This document shows positions 47,876-57,470 of a stretch of DNA of 57,470 nucleotides, one piece after another. This DNA comes from an uncultured Rikenellaceae bacterium (GTDB lineage: Bacteria; Bacteroidota; Bacteroidia; Bacteroidales; VadinHA17). Numbering within the stretch: position 1 is the stretch's first letter; each line of letters opens with the position of its first letter. The notes under the pieces are model-generated. The model saw nothing but the letters and a program-made list of their open reading frames with translations. It made no database searches and was not told the origin of the DNA. The DNA lies in assembly GCA_964387565.1 (NCBI GenBank), contig CAYLYN010000005.1:1-57470 (forward strand). The letters run 5' to 3'. A program made the position numbers and the translations under genes.

Positions 47876-48021
47876 TCTGAAATCTTGCACATAGTACATA
47901 TTCCTGCTGGCTCCTTGCCGGTAACTACGGGGACGTAACCGGTGCCATATTCTATAGCACGGATTGCAACCGACCGAAGGGAGCTCGCCGAAGGAAAATC
48001 CGCGCCTGTCCAGGGATATTT

Positions 48022-49374
48022 CTAATTCTTCCTGCCTTTAAGCTTATGCTTTTTAACAAAGTCATTTAACACCTCAGCCAGGTTCGGAAAACCAATCTCC
48101 TGCAGATCATAATGAACCCGGGTATTTGGTTTCCTGATCTTTATAATCCTGTTAAGATCAATGGGAGTAGCTATTATAACACTGTCGCAGTCAGTATTGT
48201 TGATTGTAGTCTCAAGGTCTTTCAATTGCTGCTTCCCGTAACCCATGGCAGGCAGAAGTGTACCAATTTCAGGATAAAGCCGGAATGTCTCGCTAAGTCT
48301 TCCGACTGTATAAGGACGGGGATCAACAAGCTCGGAGGCACCGTATTTGCGTGCTGCCACAACACCAGCACCAATCTTCATTTCACCATGAGTCAGTGTC
48401 GGTCCGTCCTCAACCACCAGCACTCTTTTTCCCTTAATAACTGACGGATCATCAACCTTTATCGGTGAAGCTCCATCAATTACTATCGCCTTTTTATTCA
48501 CCTTTTCAATACTTTCTCTTACCACCTGAATAGATTCAGGTGATGAACTGTCCATTTTATTGATGATAACAACATCTGCAAGACGAAGAGTAACCTCCCC
48601 GGGATAATATTTGAGTTCGTGGCCGGCCCTGTGAGGATCAGTAACTGTAATCATCATATCAGGCACATAAAACGGGAAATCATTATTGCCTCCATCCCAG
48701 AGAATTACATCACAACCAGCAGGATCTTTTTCAGCGGCACGAACAATAGCCTCATAATCAACCCCTGCATAAATTACATTGCCCCTTACAACATGTGGTT
48801 CATACTCCTCCATCTCCTCAATGGTACATTTATGCTTTGCCAGGTCTTTTATATCGGCAAACCTCTGGACTTTCTGAGCATTCAGATCACCATAGGGCAT
48901 GGGATGACGTATAGCGACAACCTTAAGACCCTTCTCCATAAGCAGTTCTATAACCCTTCTTGAGGTCTGGCTCTTACCGCATCCTGTCCTTACAGCTCCC
49001 ACAGCAATCAAAGGCTTTGTACTTTTTATCATTGTTTCAGCCGGACCCAGCAGAACAAAGTTAGCACCGGCAGCATTAACAATGGCACTTACCGACATTA
49101 CTTTCTGATATGTCACATCACTGTACGAAAAAATACAGTCAGATACATTGTGCTTCTTTATCAGTTCAGGAAGATTCTCTTCAGCAACAATGGGAATACC
49201 TTCCGGATACAGTTTTCCGCATAATTCCTGAGGGTATTTCCTGCCATCAATATCAGGTATCTGAGCTGCAGTAAATGCAACCACATTGTACAGTGGATTG
49301 TTTCTGTAGTAAGTATTGAAATTATGAAAATCGCGACCTGCAGCTCCTATTATAATGACATTTTTCTTAGCCAT
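48022..49374 (-). CDS. Cyclic 2,3-diphosphoglycerate synthetase-like P-loop protein, often annotated simply as GTPase
   Basis: The N-terminus KNVIIIGAAGRDFHNFNTYYRNNPLYNVVAFTAAQIPDIDGRKYP and the P-loop AVRTGCGKSQTS match my recollection of this family. Its function in bacteria is unknown. Confidence 0.6.
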   Translation of the reverse strand: MAKKNVIIIGAAGRDFHNFNTYYRNNPLYNVVAFTAAQIPDIDGRKYPQELCGKLYPEGIPIVAEENLPELIKKHNVSDCIFSYSDVTYQKVMSVSAIVNAAGANFVLLGPAETMIKSTKPLIAVGAVRTGCGKSQTSRRVIELLMEKGLKVVAIRHPMPYGDLNAQKVQRFADIKDLAKHKCTIEEMEEYEPHVVRGNVIYAGVDYEAIVRAAEKDPAGCDVILWDGGNNDFPFYVPDMMITVTDPHRAGHELKYYPGEVTLRLADVVIINKMDSSSPESIQVVRESIEKVNKKAIVIDGASPIKVDDPSVIKGKRVLVVEDGPTLTHGEMKIGAGVVAARKYGASELVDPRPYTVGRLSETFRLYPEIGTLLPAMGYGKQQLKDLETTINNTDCDSVIIATPIDLNRIIKIRKPNTRVHYDLQEIGFPNLAEVLNDFVKKHKLKGRKN

Positions 49375-49625
49375 AAATCCTCCCTGGTTTTTAGTATTTT
49401 TTTTAGAGAAACTTAAATTATTTCAAAATGAAGCAACAAATTTATAATTTGCATACCGAATATCCGAGTATTTCAGTCTATTTTTTGAAATACCATTTGC
49501 ATGTATTATTTTATTGATTTACATCTATTTAGCATAGTTTTTTGGGTGTCCTGAAAACATGTTAAAGAAAATGTTTTTTAACATCTGAGTCATATGGCAA
49601 ATTCTTTGTACTATTATACCTGATT

Positions 49626-50237
49626 ATGAATGTCCTTGCCCACATATATCTTTCCGGGGACTCTGAACAGGTGATCATCGGTAATTATATAGGTGACTAT
49701 GTAAAGGGCAGGGATTATCTGAATTATCCTGAGCTAATAAGAAAAGGTATAATAATTCACAGGCATATTGACGATTTTACCGATCGTCATCCTGTGGTGC
49801 ACCGGAGCAAGATTTTCTTCACCAGAAAATATCATAAATATGCCGGAGTGGTAACTGATATCATTTATGATCATTTTCTAACTAAAGAATGGGACTTTTT
49901 TTCCAGGAGACCCCTTGAAAGCGTAACCTATAATTTTTACAGGGCAATGGTAAATAACTATGACCGTATGCCTGAAAATGTCAGAGAGATGATGCCATTC
50001 TTTATTATAAACAACTGGATAGAATCATACCAGACAGTAAATGGCATAAGGCTGGTACTCAAAACATTAAGCAAGCATTCAACATTACCGAATGAGACCA
50101 GGTTCGCTATCAGGGCACTGAAGAAGAATTATTATTCACTCCAGGATGACTTCATGGAATTCTTCCCTCAGCTTATCGATTACGTTGAAAAAGAATTCGG
50201 AATTGAGATATCACACAGAATCACTATGCCTTTCTGA
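49626..50237 (+). CDS. acpH: Acyl carrier protein phosphodiesterase
   Basis: Contains MNVLAHIYLSGDSEQVIIGNYIGDYVKG and HRHIDDFTDRHP. Confidence 0.8.
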   Translation: MNVLAHIYLSGDSEQVIIGNYIGDYVKGRDYLNYPELIRKGIIIHRHIDDFTDRHPVVHRSKIFFTRKYHKYAGVVTDIIYDHFLTKEWDFFSRRPLESVTYNFYRAMVNNYDRMPENVREMMPFFIINNWIESYQTVNGIRLVLKTLSKHSTLPNETRFAIRALKKNYYSLQDDFMEFFPQLIDYVEKEFGIEISHRITMPF

Positions 50238-51662
50238 TCATACCAGATATTCATTTCGGCTGGCATCAAGCCTCAGAAATACAAAAAGCAGAATCGTAAA
50301 GCCCCATAATGAGCTGCCTCCGTAGCTGAAGAAGGGAAGAGGAATTCCAATAACCGGTACGATCCCTATTGCCATTCCTATATTAATGAATACATGAAGA
50401 AATAATATTGATACTACCCCGTACCCGTATACCCTTGAAAATACGGAACGTTGTCGCTCTGCCAGGAAGATAAGCCTCAGGAACAGAAACAGGTATGTGC
50501 CTATCACAACAAATGATCCAAGAAAGCCCCATTCCTCCCCAATAGTACAGAAAATAAAATCGGAGCTCTGCTTCGGTACAAACTTGAATTTCGTCTGGGT
50601 ACCCTGCAGATATCCCTTGCCTGTAAGACCGCCTGAACCAATTGATATTAATGATTGATTAACATTATACCCTGTACCGTGAGGATCTGATTTTATGCCA
50701 AGCAAAACGTTGATCCTGTCTCTCTGGTGTTCAGGAAGGATATTATTAAAGGTATAATCAACAGAATTTACAAATACCAGGCTTCCCAACAGAAAGATAT
50801 AGATAACCAGAATTGATATTGCTTTCCTTAGATAAATATACCATGCAAAAAGAAACCCTGAGATAAAAAGAGCAATTAAAATAACCATCTCATTATCAAG
50901 CCTCTTAAGCAAATAATGATCAAGGAGATACAACAAGGCCGCAATAAAAACAAATATTCCCGTACCGGCAGATGCTACTTTCCATTTCCTTGTAACAAAC
51001 CAGACAAGAAGTATTCCGATTACAGAAAGACCAATTGAGAGATATAAATTATCCACAAGCAGAGTAAGAAAAAATAGAATCAGTGCAAGCAATCCTGATA
51101 CAAATACATATGGGCTCATTCCTTCCCTGAAAAGAACAATGAATAATGCCAGAAACACTACTGTAGAGCCCATATCAGGCTGCAATGCAGTAAGCAGGGC
51201 AGGTAACAAAATAATTGCAGATGCTGGAATAAGAACATTCCAGCGGGTCAGATCATGCCTCCTTGTATTGAGGTAACCTGCAAGAGCTATAGCAGTGCCA
51301 AACTTTGCAAACTCAGAAGGCTGGATACTGAACCAGCTAAACTCAAACCACGATCTTGCACCATTTATCTCTGCACCAAAGATAAGTACAAGAATAAGCA
51401 GGAACATTAAAAATCCATAAATGAACCATGAAAAAAAGAAATAAAAACGGTTATCAATTATGAGGGTAATGATACCTGTTACAATTGCAGCAATGATCCA
51501 TATGAATTGTTTGCCATAACGCTGCGAGAAATCAAGTATTGCTGTATGCTCCTCATCGTATACGGCAGCATAAATATTGAGCCAGCCCATTATGACCAGA
51601 ACCAGATACAGAAGTATCGATAACTTGTCAAGACTTATCCATATATTAATTCTGCGTCTCAC
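50238..51662 (-). CDS. rodA: Rod shape-determining peptidoglycan polymerase RodA (SEDS family)
   Basis: It is polytopic and contains QPSEFAK, PKQSSDFIFCTIGEEWGF and LPFFSYGGSS. It sits in the mre-mrd operon and overlaps the mrdA stop. Confidence 0.88.
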   Translation of the reverse strand: MRRRINIWISLDKLSILLYLVLVIMGWLNIYAAVYDEEHTAILDFSQRYGKQFIWIIAAIVTGIITLIIDNRFYFFFSWFIYGFLMFLLILVLIFGAEINGARSWFEFSWFSIQPSEFAKFGTAIALAGYLNTRRHDLTRWNVLIPASAIILLPALLTALQPDMGSTVVFLALFIVLFREGMSPYVFVSGLLALILFFLTLLVDNLYLSIGLSVIGILLVWFVTRKWKVASAGTGIFVFIAALLYLLDHYLLKRLDNEMVILIALFISGFLFAWYIYLRKAISILVIYIFLLGSLVFVNSVDYTFNNILPEHQRDRINVLLGIKSDPHGTGYNVNQSLISIGSGGLTGKGYLQGTQTKFKFVPKQSSDFIFCTIGEEWGFLGSFVVIGTYLFLFLRLIFLAERQRSVFSRVYGYGVVSILFLHVFINIGMAIGIVPVIGIPLPFFSYGGSSLWGFTILLFVFLRLDASRNEYLV

Positions 51663-53484
51663 TTCTGATTATCTTTTCTTCAAGATTCAAGTTTAAAATT
51701 CTTTGTTCCAATGCCTTGTTTGAGATTGTATCCCTAAGATATTTTTCAATCATCAGGCTGGCGACAGGAGCTGCATAGGTCGATCCGAAACCTGCATTTT
51801 CAACATAAACAGCTATAGCTATTTTCGGATCATCCTTCGGAGCAAAAGCAATAAAAACAGAATGGTCGTCACCATGAGGATTCTGAGCTGTTCCAGTCTT
51901 TCCACAAACAGTAATTCCCCTTATTGCAGCAATCCTTGCCGTCCCTCCCGGAGCACCATTGACTGCTCCCTCCATGCCCAGTATTATCTTTTCAAAATTT
52001 GCCGAGTCAATATTTATTTCATGTCTTTTAGTAAAATCATTTTTTATAGTCATCTCCCTGCCAATTCCCTTAACTATATGAGGTGTATAATAAAATCCTC
52101 TGTTGGCAATTGCTGCTGTCATATTAGCCATCTGAAGTGGTGTGGTACCAATTTCTCCCTGTCCTATTGCAAGGGATATCACGGTAAGAGCCTTCCATTT
52201 ATTCCTGCCATGATACCTGTCATAATAAGAGGTGGCCGGCACAAAACCTGCCAGCTCATTAACAAAATCGGTGCCCAGCTTGTTACCAAATCCGAATTCA
52301 GAGAGGTAACTCCTCCATTTTTCATAAGCCTCGGCTATGCTGCCATAATTTTTGTTCTCAAGTACTCGCCGGTAAGTCTGGCAAAAATATGAATTACATG
52401 AATTAGCCACAGCTGCAGCCAGATCGAGTGGAGAGGCATGGCTATGGCAGCCGACAAACAGATAACCATGGTCGCAGCCAAATTCCGTATTTTCCGTAAT
52501 TACTCCTTCCTGCAGCCCTATTAAGCCATTGATTGGCTTGAATGTGGATCCGGGAGGATAAGAGGCCATTAGTGCCCTGTTAAAAAGAGGCAGCAAAGCA
52601 GTGTCTGACTGAAGCCTGGCAAAATTGTCCGATCTGACCCTGCCAACAAGAAGACCCGGATCATAGTTAGGTGCAGTAACAAGTGAAAGGACCTCTCCGG
52701 TTTGAGGTTCTATGGCCACAATACTGCCTCGTTTGTTCTTCATCAGCAATTCCCCGTATTCCTGCAAATCAAGATCTATCGATGATATTATATCCAAACC
52801 CTGTACAGCAGTAGTATCCATCTCTCCATCAGCATAAGCTCCCTTTATCCTGCTAAAAACGTCTACCATATATATTTTAACTCCCTTGTGGCCACGGAGC
52901 TCAGTCTCATATGCCTCTTCGATACCGCTTTTTCCAATGTAATCACCAGGTTTATAATAGGGATTCTTTTTTATGTTTCCTTCATCAACCTCGCTCACAT
53001 AACCAAGAATATGTGATGCCACCGGCCTGGTATATTTGCGCAGTGTCCTGGGCTGAACATAAAAGCCGGGATAGAGAAACATCTTTTCCTGAAGACGAGC
53101 ATAGGTTTCATCAGAAATCTGTTTAAGAAATTCTGAAGGGGCTCTTCTCGAATAGGCCCTGGCTGCACGCATCTGCTTGTTGAACATCTCCTCAGTTATC
53201 CCCAATAGAGAACAGAATTCTGCTGTATCAATATCTTTTGTCTGTGCGGGAATTACCATTAGGTCATAGGCAGCCATATTAGATACAATAAGCTCACCAT
53301 TCCTGTCATAAATAAGTCCCCGTGCAGGATACTGTACAACATATCTGAGAACATTATTATCAGCTGATAGCCTGTAGGTGTCTTTTACAATCTGTATTAT
53401 AAATAGCCTGACAAGGAGCATAAAACAGGCAAACACAATGATTGCCATGATCAGATACTTCCTGTTTTTAAATGCATCCTTCAT
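51646..53484 (-). CDS. mrdA: Penicillin-binding protein 2 (elongasome transpeptidase)
   Basis: Contains SxxK (PGSTFKP), SxN (SCNSYF) and KTG (GKTGTAQ), with an N-terminal TM anchor. Confidence 0.88.
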   Translation of the reverse strand: MKDAFKNRKYLIMAIIVFACFMLLVRLFIIQIVKDTYRLSADNNVLRYVVQYPARGLIYDRNGELIVSNMAAYDLMVIPAQTKDIDTAEFCSLLGITEEMFNKQMRAARAYSRRAPSEFLKQISDETYARLQEKMFLYPGFYVQPRTLRKYTRPVASHILGYVSEVDEGNIKKNPYYKPGDYIGKSGIEEAYETELRGHKGVKIYMVDVFSRIKGAYADGEMDTTAVQGLDIISSIDLDLQEYGELLMKNKRGSIVAIEPQTGEVLSLVTAPNYDPGLLVGRVRSDNFARLQSDTALLPLFNRALMASYPPGSTFKPINGLIGLQEGVITENTEFGCDHGYLFVGCHSHASPLDLAAAVANSCNSYFCQTYRRVLENKNYGSIAEAYEKWRSYLSEFGFGNKLGTDFVNELAGFVPATSYYDRYHGRNKWKALTVISLAIGQGEIGTTPLQMANMTAAIANRGFYYTPHIVKGIGREMTIKNDFTKRHEINIDSANFEKIILGMEGAVNGAPGGTARIAAIRGITVCGKTGTAQNPHGDDHSVFIAFAPKDDPKIAIAVYVENAGFGSTYAAPVASLMIEKYLRDTISNKALEQRILNLNLEEKIIRSETQN

Positions 53485-53495
53485 ATTATGACAGA

Positions 53496-54002
53496 TTATC
53501 TGCCTTTCCTGTAAAACTCAAAAATTAAGACAAATAGTATAGTAAAAACAGAACTTAGTAAAACCCTAAGCAGGGTTCTGAAGAAATCTGTGAACCTGAA
53601 TACTTCCAGGTAAAAAAGAGCTGTATGATGTATAAATACAATAACAATAGTATACAGCAGAAACCATCTGAATCCATATACAAGCATTGAAGGATGTGCT
53701 CCAGGCTCATATCCGTCACGAGGTGAAATTGACCTCAGAACAAAAGGACGTATCATACCTGCAAGAACAGTAGCTGAGGAATGCATTCCCGGGGTGCCTG
53801 TGAAAATATCTATAAGCATACCTGTACCAAATGATAAAAGCATCAGAAGCCATGCCGGGATCTCAACTGGCAGAAGCATGATAAACATTATATATACATA
53901 AGGATTCACATACCCGCTGAACTGGATATTATTAAATAATAATACCTGCAGAAGTACAAGGACTATTAAGATCAGACCAAACCTTAGTATCGAGTTGATC
54001 AT
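53496..54002 (-). CDS. mreD: Rod shape-determining protein MreD
   Basis: A small polytopic membrane protein lying between mreC and mrdA. Confidence 0.75.
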   Translation of the reverse strand: MINSILRFGLILIVLVLLQVLLFNNIQFSGYVNPYVYIMFIMLLPVEIPAWLLMLLSFGTGMLIDIFTGTPGMHSSATVLAGMIRPFVLRSISPRDGYEPGAHPSMLVYGFRWFLLYTIVIVFIHHTALFYLEVFRFTDFFRTLLRVLLSSVFTILFVLIFEFYRKGR

Positions 54003-54820
54003 TGAATTTGATTTTCCAGTTCTACAAATTCATTCTTCCTCTTATTCGCCACTACATCAACAAAATGCAGTTTCCTGAAATCTGTCTTTAGCTGAACAGT
54101 TATCAGGTAAAAATCACTTCCCGGCTTCTCATATCCCACCACTGTCCCAACAATAATTCCTTCAGGGAATATAGCAGAATACCCTGTAGTTTCGATAGTA
54201 TCACCAATATTTACAGTGACATGCTGTGGAATATCACTCAGAATAGCTTTTCGATAATCCCTGCCATCCCAGCTCAAAGAGCCAAAATATCCGTTTGACC
54301 TTATCCTGGAACTTAGCCTGAAGTCAAGGTTTAGCAACGACATTGCCACAGAGAAATTATCAGAACAGCCTACAATTACGCCTGCCACACCTCCATCGGC
54401 AATAACTGCCATATCAGGCGTAAGTCCGTGAATTGTCCCTTTGTTAATAGTAAAAAAATTCTTCTGTTTATTTACAGAATTACTTGTAAGTCTTGCCGAT
54501 GTATACTGATAAAGCTGCTGATAGATAGTATCAGATATAGAAACAAAAAGTGAATTATCATTCCGTACCATCCTGTTAATGCTATTCCGCAAGGCTGTAT
54601 TTTCAGCAGCAAGGTTTTCATTAACCTGCCTTAAGCTGAGGTAGCTTCTTGTATTGCTTATTTTCTCCTCTATACCGTAGGTAAACCACCTGATACCGTT
54701 TACTACCCGTGTATTATGATAATAGTTTCTTGTTGCTAATAAATAGAAAGCTAAACCTTCAAGTATAAGAAAGATTATAAGGCTGTGGTATCGCTCCAGG
54801 AAATTCAGAAGACTCCTCAT
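53999..54820 (-). CDS. mreC: Rod shape-determining protein MreC
   Basis: Has an N-terminal TM helix, a coiled coil and beta-rich C-terminal domains. It lies immediately downstream of mreB and overlaps mreD by 4 nt. Confidence 0.8.
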   Translation of the reverse strand: MRSLLNFLERYHSLIIFLILEGLAFYLLATRNYYHNTRVVNGIRWFTYGIEEKISNTRSYLSLRQVNENLAAENTALRNSINRMVRNDNSLFVSISDTIYQQLYQYTSARLTSNSVNKQKNFFTINKGTIHGLTPDMAVIADGGVAGVIVGCSDNFSVAMSLLNLDFRLSSRIRSNGYFGSLSWDGRDYRKAILSDIPQHVTVNIGDTIETTGYSAIFPEGIIVGTVVGYEKPGSDFYLITVQLKTDFRKLHFVDVVANKRKNEFVELENQIQ

Positions 54821-54832
54821 TCACCTGTCGGA

Positions 54833-55855
54833 TTATCTCATTAGGAACTGGAACCTTTCAACATTTTTTAATGCAACACCGGTACCCCGTGCAACAGCGT
54901 GCAGCGGATCTTCAACAACATTGAAATGAATGTTAATTTTATCAGCAAGCCTTTTGTCAAGACCTCTCAGCAATGCTCCGCCACCTGCCAGATATATCCC
55001 TTTGTTTACTATATCTGCATATAGTTCAGGAGGGGTTTGTTCAAGTACACTAAGAAGAGCAGCTTCAACCTTAGATAAAGATTTATCAAGGCAATATGCT
55101 ATCTCCTGATATGAAATGGGAATTTCAATTGGCAGAGCGGTCATGATATTCGGACCTCGTACCACATAATCAGCAGGTGGATTTTCGATATCAGGAAGAG
55201 CTGCTCCTACTGCTATCTTGATATCCTCTGCTGTCCTTTCCCCAATTTTGATATTATGCTGATGTCTCATATATGCCTGAATATCTGCAGTAAAACCATC
55301 TCCGGCAATTCTGATTGATTTGTTACAGACAATTCCTCCAAGCGCAATAACAGCAATCTCGGTTGTTCCTCCGCCTATATCAACCACCATACATCCTTCA
55401 GGAGCTTCAACATCAAGACCAATACCAATTGCTGCAGCCATTGGCTCATATATCATATATACATCACGCCCTCCGGCATGCTCTGATGAATCACGTACTG
55501 CCCTGATCTCAACTTCAGTACTGCCTGATGGTATGCAAACCACCATTTTAAGTGAAGGGGAGAATAACCTGGGGCCCTTGTTGATCATCCTTATCATACC
55601 CCTGATCATCAGTTCAGCTGCATTAAAATCAGCAATAACACCGTCCCGCAAAGGCCTGATGGTCTTTATGTTTTCATGTGTCTTTCCATGCATCTGTCTT
55701 GCAGCTTCACCTATGGCAATCAGTTTCCCGGTATTTTTATCTATAGCAACAATTGACGGTTCATCAACAACAACTTTATCATTATGGATTATGATAGTGT
55801 TGGCAGTTCCTAAATCTATTGCAATCTCCTGTGTTAAAAAAGAAAATAGGCCCAT
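54833..55855 (-). CDS. mreB: Actin-like rod shape-determining protein MreB
   Basis: Contains IAIDLGTANT, VVDIGGGTTE and LAGGGALL, at 340 aa. Confidence 0.93.
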   Translation of the reverse strand: MGLFSFLTQEIAIDLGTANTIIIHNDKVVVDEPSIVAIDKNTGKLIAIGEAARQMHGKTHENIKTIRPLRDGVIADFNAAELMIRGMIRMINKGPRLFSPSLKMVVCIPSGSTEVEIRAVRDSSEHAGGRDVYMIYEPMAAAIGIGLDVEAPEGCMVVDIGGGTTEIAVIALGGIVCNKSIRIAGDGFTADIQAYMRHQHNIKIGERTAEDIKIAVGAALPDIENPPADYVVRGPNIMTALPIEIPISYQEIAYCLDKSLSKVEAALLSVLEQTPPELYADIVNKGIYLAGGGALLRGLDKRLADKINIHFNVVEDPLHAVARGTGVALKNVERFQFLMR

Positions 55856-55872
55856 TATGTGTGATTATATTA

Positions 55873-57396
55873 TTAGTGTTTAAAATGTCTTATTCCTGTT
55901 AAAACCATTGTCATTTCATTTGCTATACAATAATCTGTGGATTCCTGGTCTCTGACTGACCCGCCTGGTTGAACTACTGATCTGATCCCGGCTTTATCTG
56001 CTATTTCAACACAGTCGGGAAAAGGGAAAAAAGCATCTGATGCCATTACTGCACCATTCAGATCGAAACCAAATGACCTTGCCTTTTCAATTGCCTGCTT
56101 CAGTGCATCAACCCTTGATGTCTGTCCGATTCCACTTGCGCATAACTGCTTGTTTTTCGCCAGTACTATTGCATTTGACTTACTATGCTTGACAATTATA
56201 TTTGCGAATACCATGTCATCCTTCTCAGAACCTGAAGGCTGTCGCTTTGTAACAAGCCTCATATCATCTGAAGTCTGTGTACTCATATCTTTCTCCTGCC
56301 ATAAAACTCCACCTAATAATGATCTGAAACTAAATCCGGTTTCAGATGTATCCTTCCTTACCAGTATTATCCTGTTCTTTTTCTGGGCGAGAATAGAAAG
56401 GGCAGACTCAGAAAAGCCCGGCGCAATAATAATCTCAAAAAATAACTTGTCAATTTCTGTGGCAGTTTCCTCCTCAACAATTCTGTTGGTTGCAATAACT
56501 CCTCCGAACGCTGAAACAGGATCTCCTGCCAGGGCATCCTTCCATGCATCAAGGGGGTTGTTCCTGGATGCCACGCCACAGGCATTGTTATGCTTGATTA
56601 TGACAAATGTATCTTCTGTAAATTCATTTATCAGGCTCACAGCTGAATCAAGGTCCAGAAGGTTGTTATAGGATAGTTCCTTTCCATGAAGCTTTGTGAA
56701 TATCTCGTCAGGATTCCCGAAAAAGATACCTCTCTGGTGAGGATTCTCCCCATACCTTAACGGATATGATTCATTGATACTTTCTCTGAAAACCGGAAGA
56801 TTCTCTTTATTATTAAAGTACCTGAAAATAGCTGTATCATAATGAGATGAGGTCATGAAGGCTTTAGCCGCGAACAACCTTCTCTGATCCAGTGTGGTAG
56901 TTCCGCCGGCATCGTTGAGCATTGAGAGAAGATCACCATACTGCTCACGACCTGAAACAACGAGCACATCATTGTAATTTTTAGCGGCGGCCCTGATAAG
57001 CGAAATACCTCCGATATCTATTTTCTCAATAATTTCCTCCTCACTTCCGGTGATTCTAACTGTCTCTTCAAAAGGATACAAATCAACAATTACAAGGTCA
57101 ATCTCCGGAATCTTATACTTTGCAAGCTGCCCGGCATCTTCCTGGTTTTCGCGCCTTGCAAGAATCCCTCCGAAAACATTGGGGTGAAGTGTCTTCACTC
57201 TGCCCCCGAGTATGGAAGGATATGTAGTAAGATCCTCTACCTTTTCTGCGCTTATTCCAAGCTCTTCAATAAAGCTGAATGTACCTCCTGTGGAATATAG
57301 TTTTACACTTAGTTCATCCAGTTTTCTGACTATAGCATCAAGTCCCTCTTTATAATAAACTGAGATCAGAGCGCTTTTAATTCTTTTGTTACTCAT
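55873..57396 (-). CDS. purH: Bifunctional AICAR transformylase / IMP cyclohydrolase
   Basis: The MGS-like N-terminus is ALISVYYKEGL..LYSTGGT, with VKTLHP and the AICARFT C-terminal half. It is 507 aa. Confidence 0.92.
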   Translation of the reverse strand: MSNKRIKSALISVYYKEGLDAIVRKLDELSVKLYSTGGTFSFIEELGISAEKVEDLTTYPSILGGRVKTLHPNVFGGILARRENQEDAGQLAKYKIPEIDLVIVDLYPFEETVRITGSEEEIIEKIDIGGISLIRAAAKNYNDVLVVSGREQYGDLLSMLNDAGGTTTLDQRRLFAAKAFMTSSHYDTAIFRYFNNKENLPVFRESINESYPLRYGENPHQRGIFFGNPDEIFTKLHGKELSYNNLLDLDSAVSLINEFTEDTFVIIKHNNACGVASRNNPLDAWKDALAGDPVSAFGGVIATNRIVEEETATEIDKLFFEIIIAPGFSESALSILAQKKNRIILVRKDTSETGFSFRSLLGGVLWQEKDMSTQTSDDMRLVTKRQPSGSEKDDMVFANIIVKHSKSNAIVLAKNKQLCASGIGQTSRVDALKQAIEKARSFGFDLNGAVMASDAFFPFPDCVEIADKAGIRSVVQPGGSVRDQESTDYCIANEMTMVLTGIRHFKH

Positions 57397-57470
57397 TTTT
57401 TGATATTTAGGAAATGACCTGGCCCCCTTCTACAGGGGTTTAAAAATAAATATTTTTTTATTACTCATAG

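Noticed and set aside
37354-47960. A shared 9-mer atagcacgg (in opposite orientations) linking the two G+C-rich spacers at ~37360 and ~47955
   Set aside because: The flanking sequence does not align, and a single 9-mer match between two ~150-bp segments is within chance expectation.
47876-48021. Possible SRP (4.5S) RNA, because of CCGAAGGAA-like strings
   Set aside because: It lacks the conserved GGUCCGGAAGGAAGCAGC / symmetric-loop signature and the expected closing helix. I kept it only as an unclassified structured spacer.
55320-56671. Long + strand ORFs of 187 aa (55320-55883) and 173 aa (56150-56671)
   Set aside because: They are antisense to the strongly supported mreB and purH genes and have no recognisable motifs.
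57430-57468. 12-codon mini-ORF MSNKKIFIFKPL upstream of purH, which itself begins MSNKRIK, plus the cccct/agggg hairpin at 57423-57437
   Set aside because: It is too short and lies at the window edge. The similarity of the first three or four codons can be chance in AT-rich sequence. The hairpin has no T-run on the relevant strand.

Overview
This 57.5-kb window looks like a low-GC Bacteroidota chromosome. The pointers are Bacteroides-type TAnnTTTG -7 boxes, T9SS-style repeat adhesins, a GxxExxY cassette, a long-form LysS and many lipoprotein signals. I call about 45 protein genes and find no rRNA, tRNA, CRISPR, integrase or transposase.

Most of the window is housekeeping:
- aroK-parC-parE
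- A long minus-strand run from obg through PAP2, lplA, a PlsC-like gene and a Rossmann protein to a MutS-like gene
- adk, hpt, purE, recJ, lipB-lipA, fucI-fucK, lysS, upp and pgi
- purH with mreBCD-mrdA-rodA

The most unusual part is the left 12 kb, which holds six co-directional minus-strand genes:
- A 12-TM/HEAT/cNMP-like fusion
- A Cache-like/HAMP/PP2C phosphatase
- A STAND P-loop NTPase with an internal TM helix, a long coiled coil and a C-terminal WD40 propeller
- A TPR plus beta-barrel outer-membrane protein
- A propeller-like lipoprotein
- A tandem-repeat Ig-like adhesin that runs off the window edge and is missing from the ORF track

I read this as a candidate uncharacterised envelope-spanning NLR-like sensing or conflict module.

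Other items worth a second look:
- A GxxExxY (PD-(D/E)XK-like) gene bracketed by 19-bp inverted repeats
- A gene-less homologous copy of that cassette's 3' flank, carrying a 13-unit 8-bp tandem array after upp
- A Tat-exported flavoprotein translationally coupled to a NapH-like polyferredoxin
- A coupled acyltransferase / Rossmann / membrane-MutS trio
- Two G+C-rich hairpin islands in intergenic DNA

All family assignments come from motif reading by eye. No searches were run.
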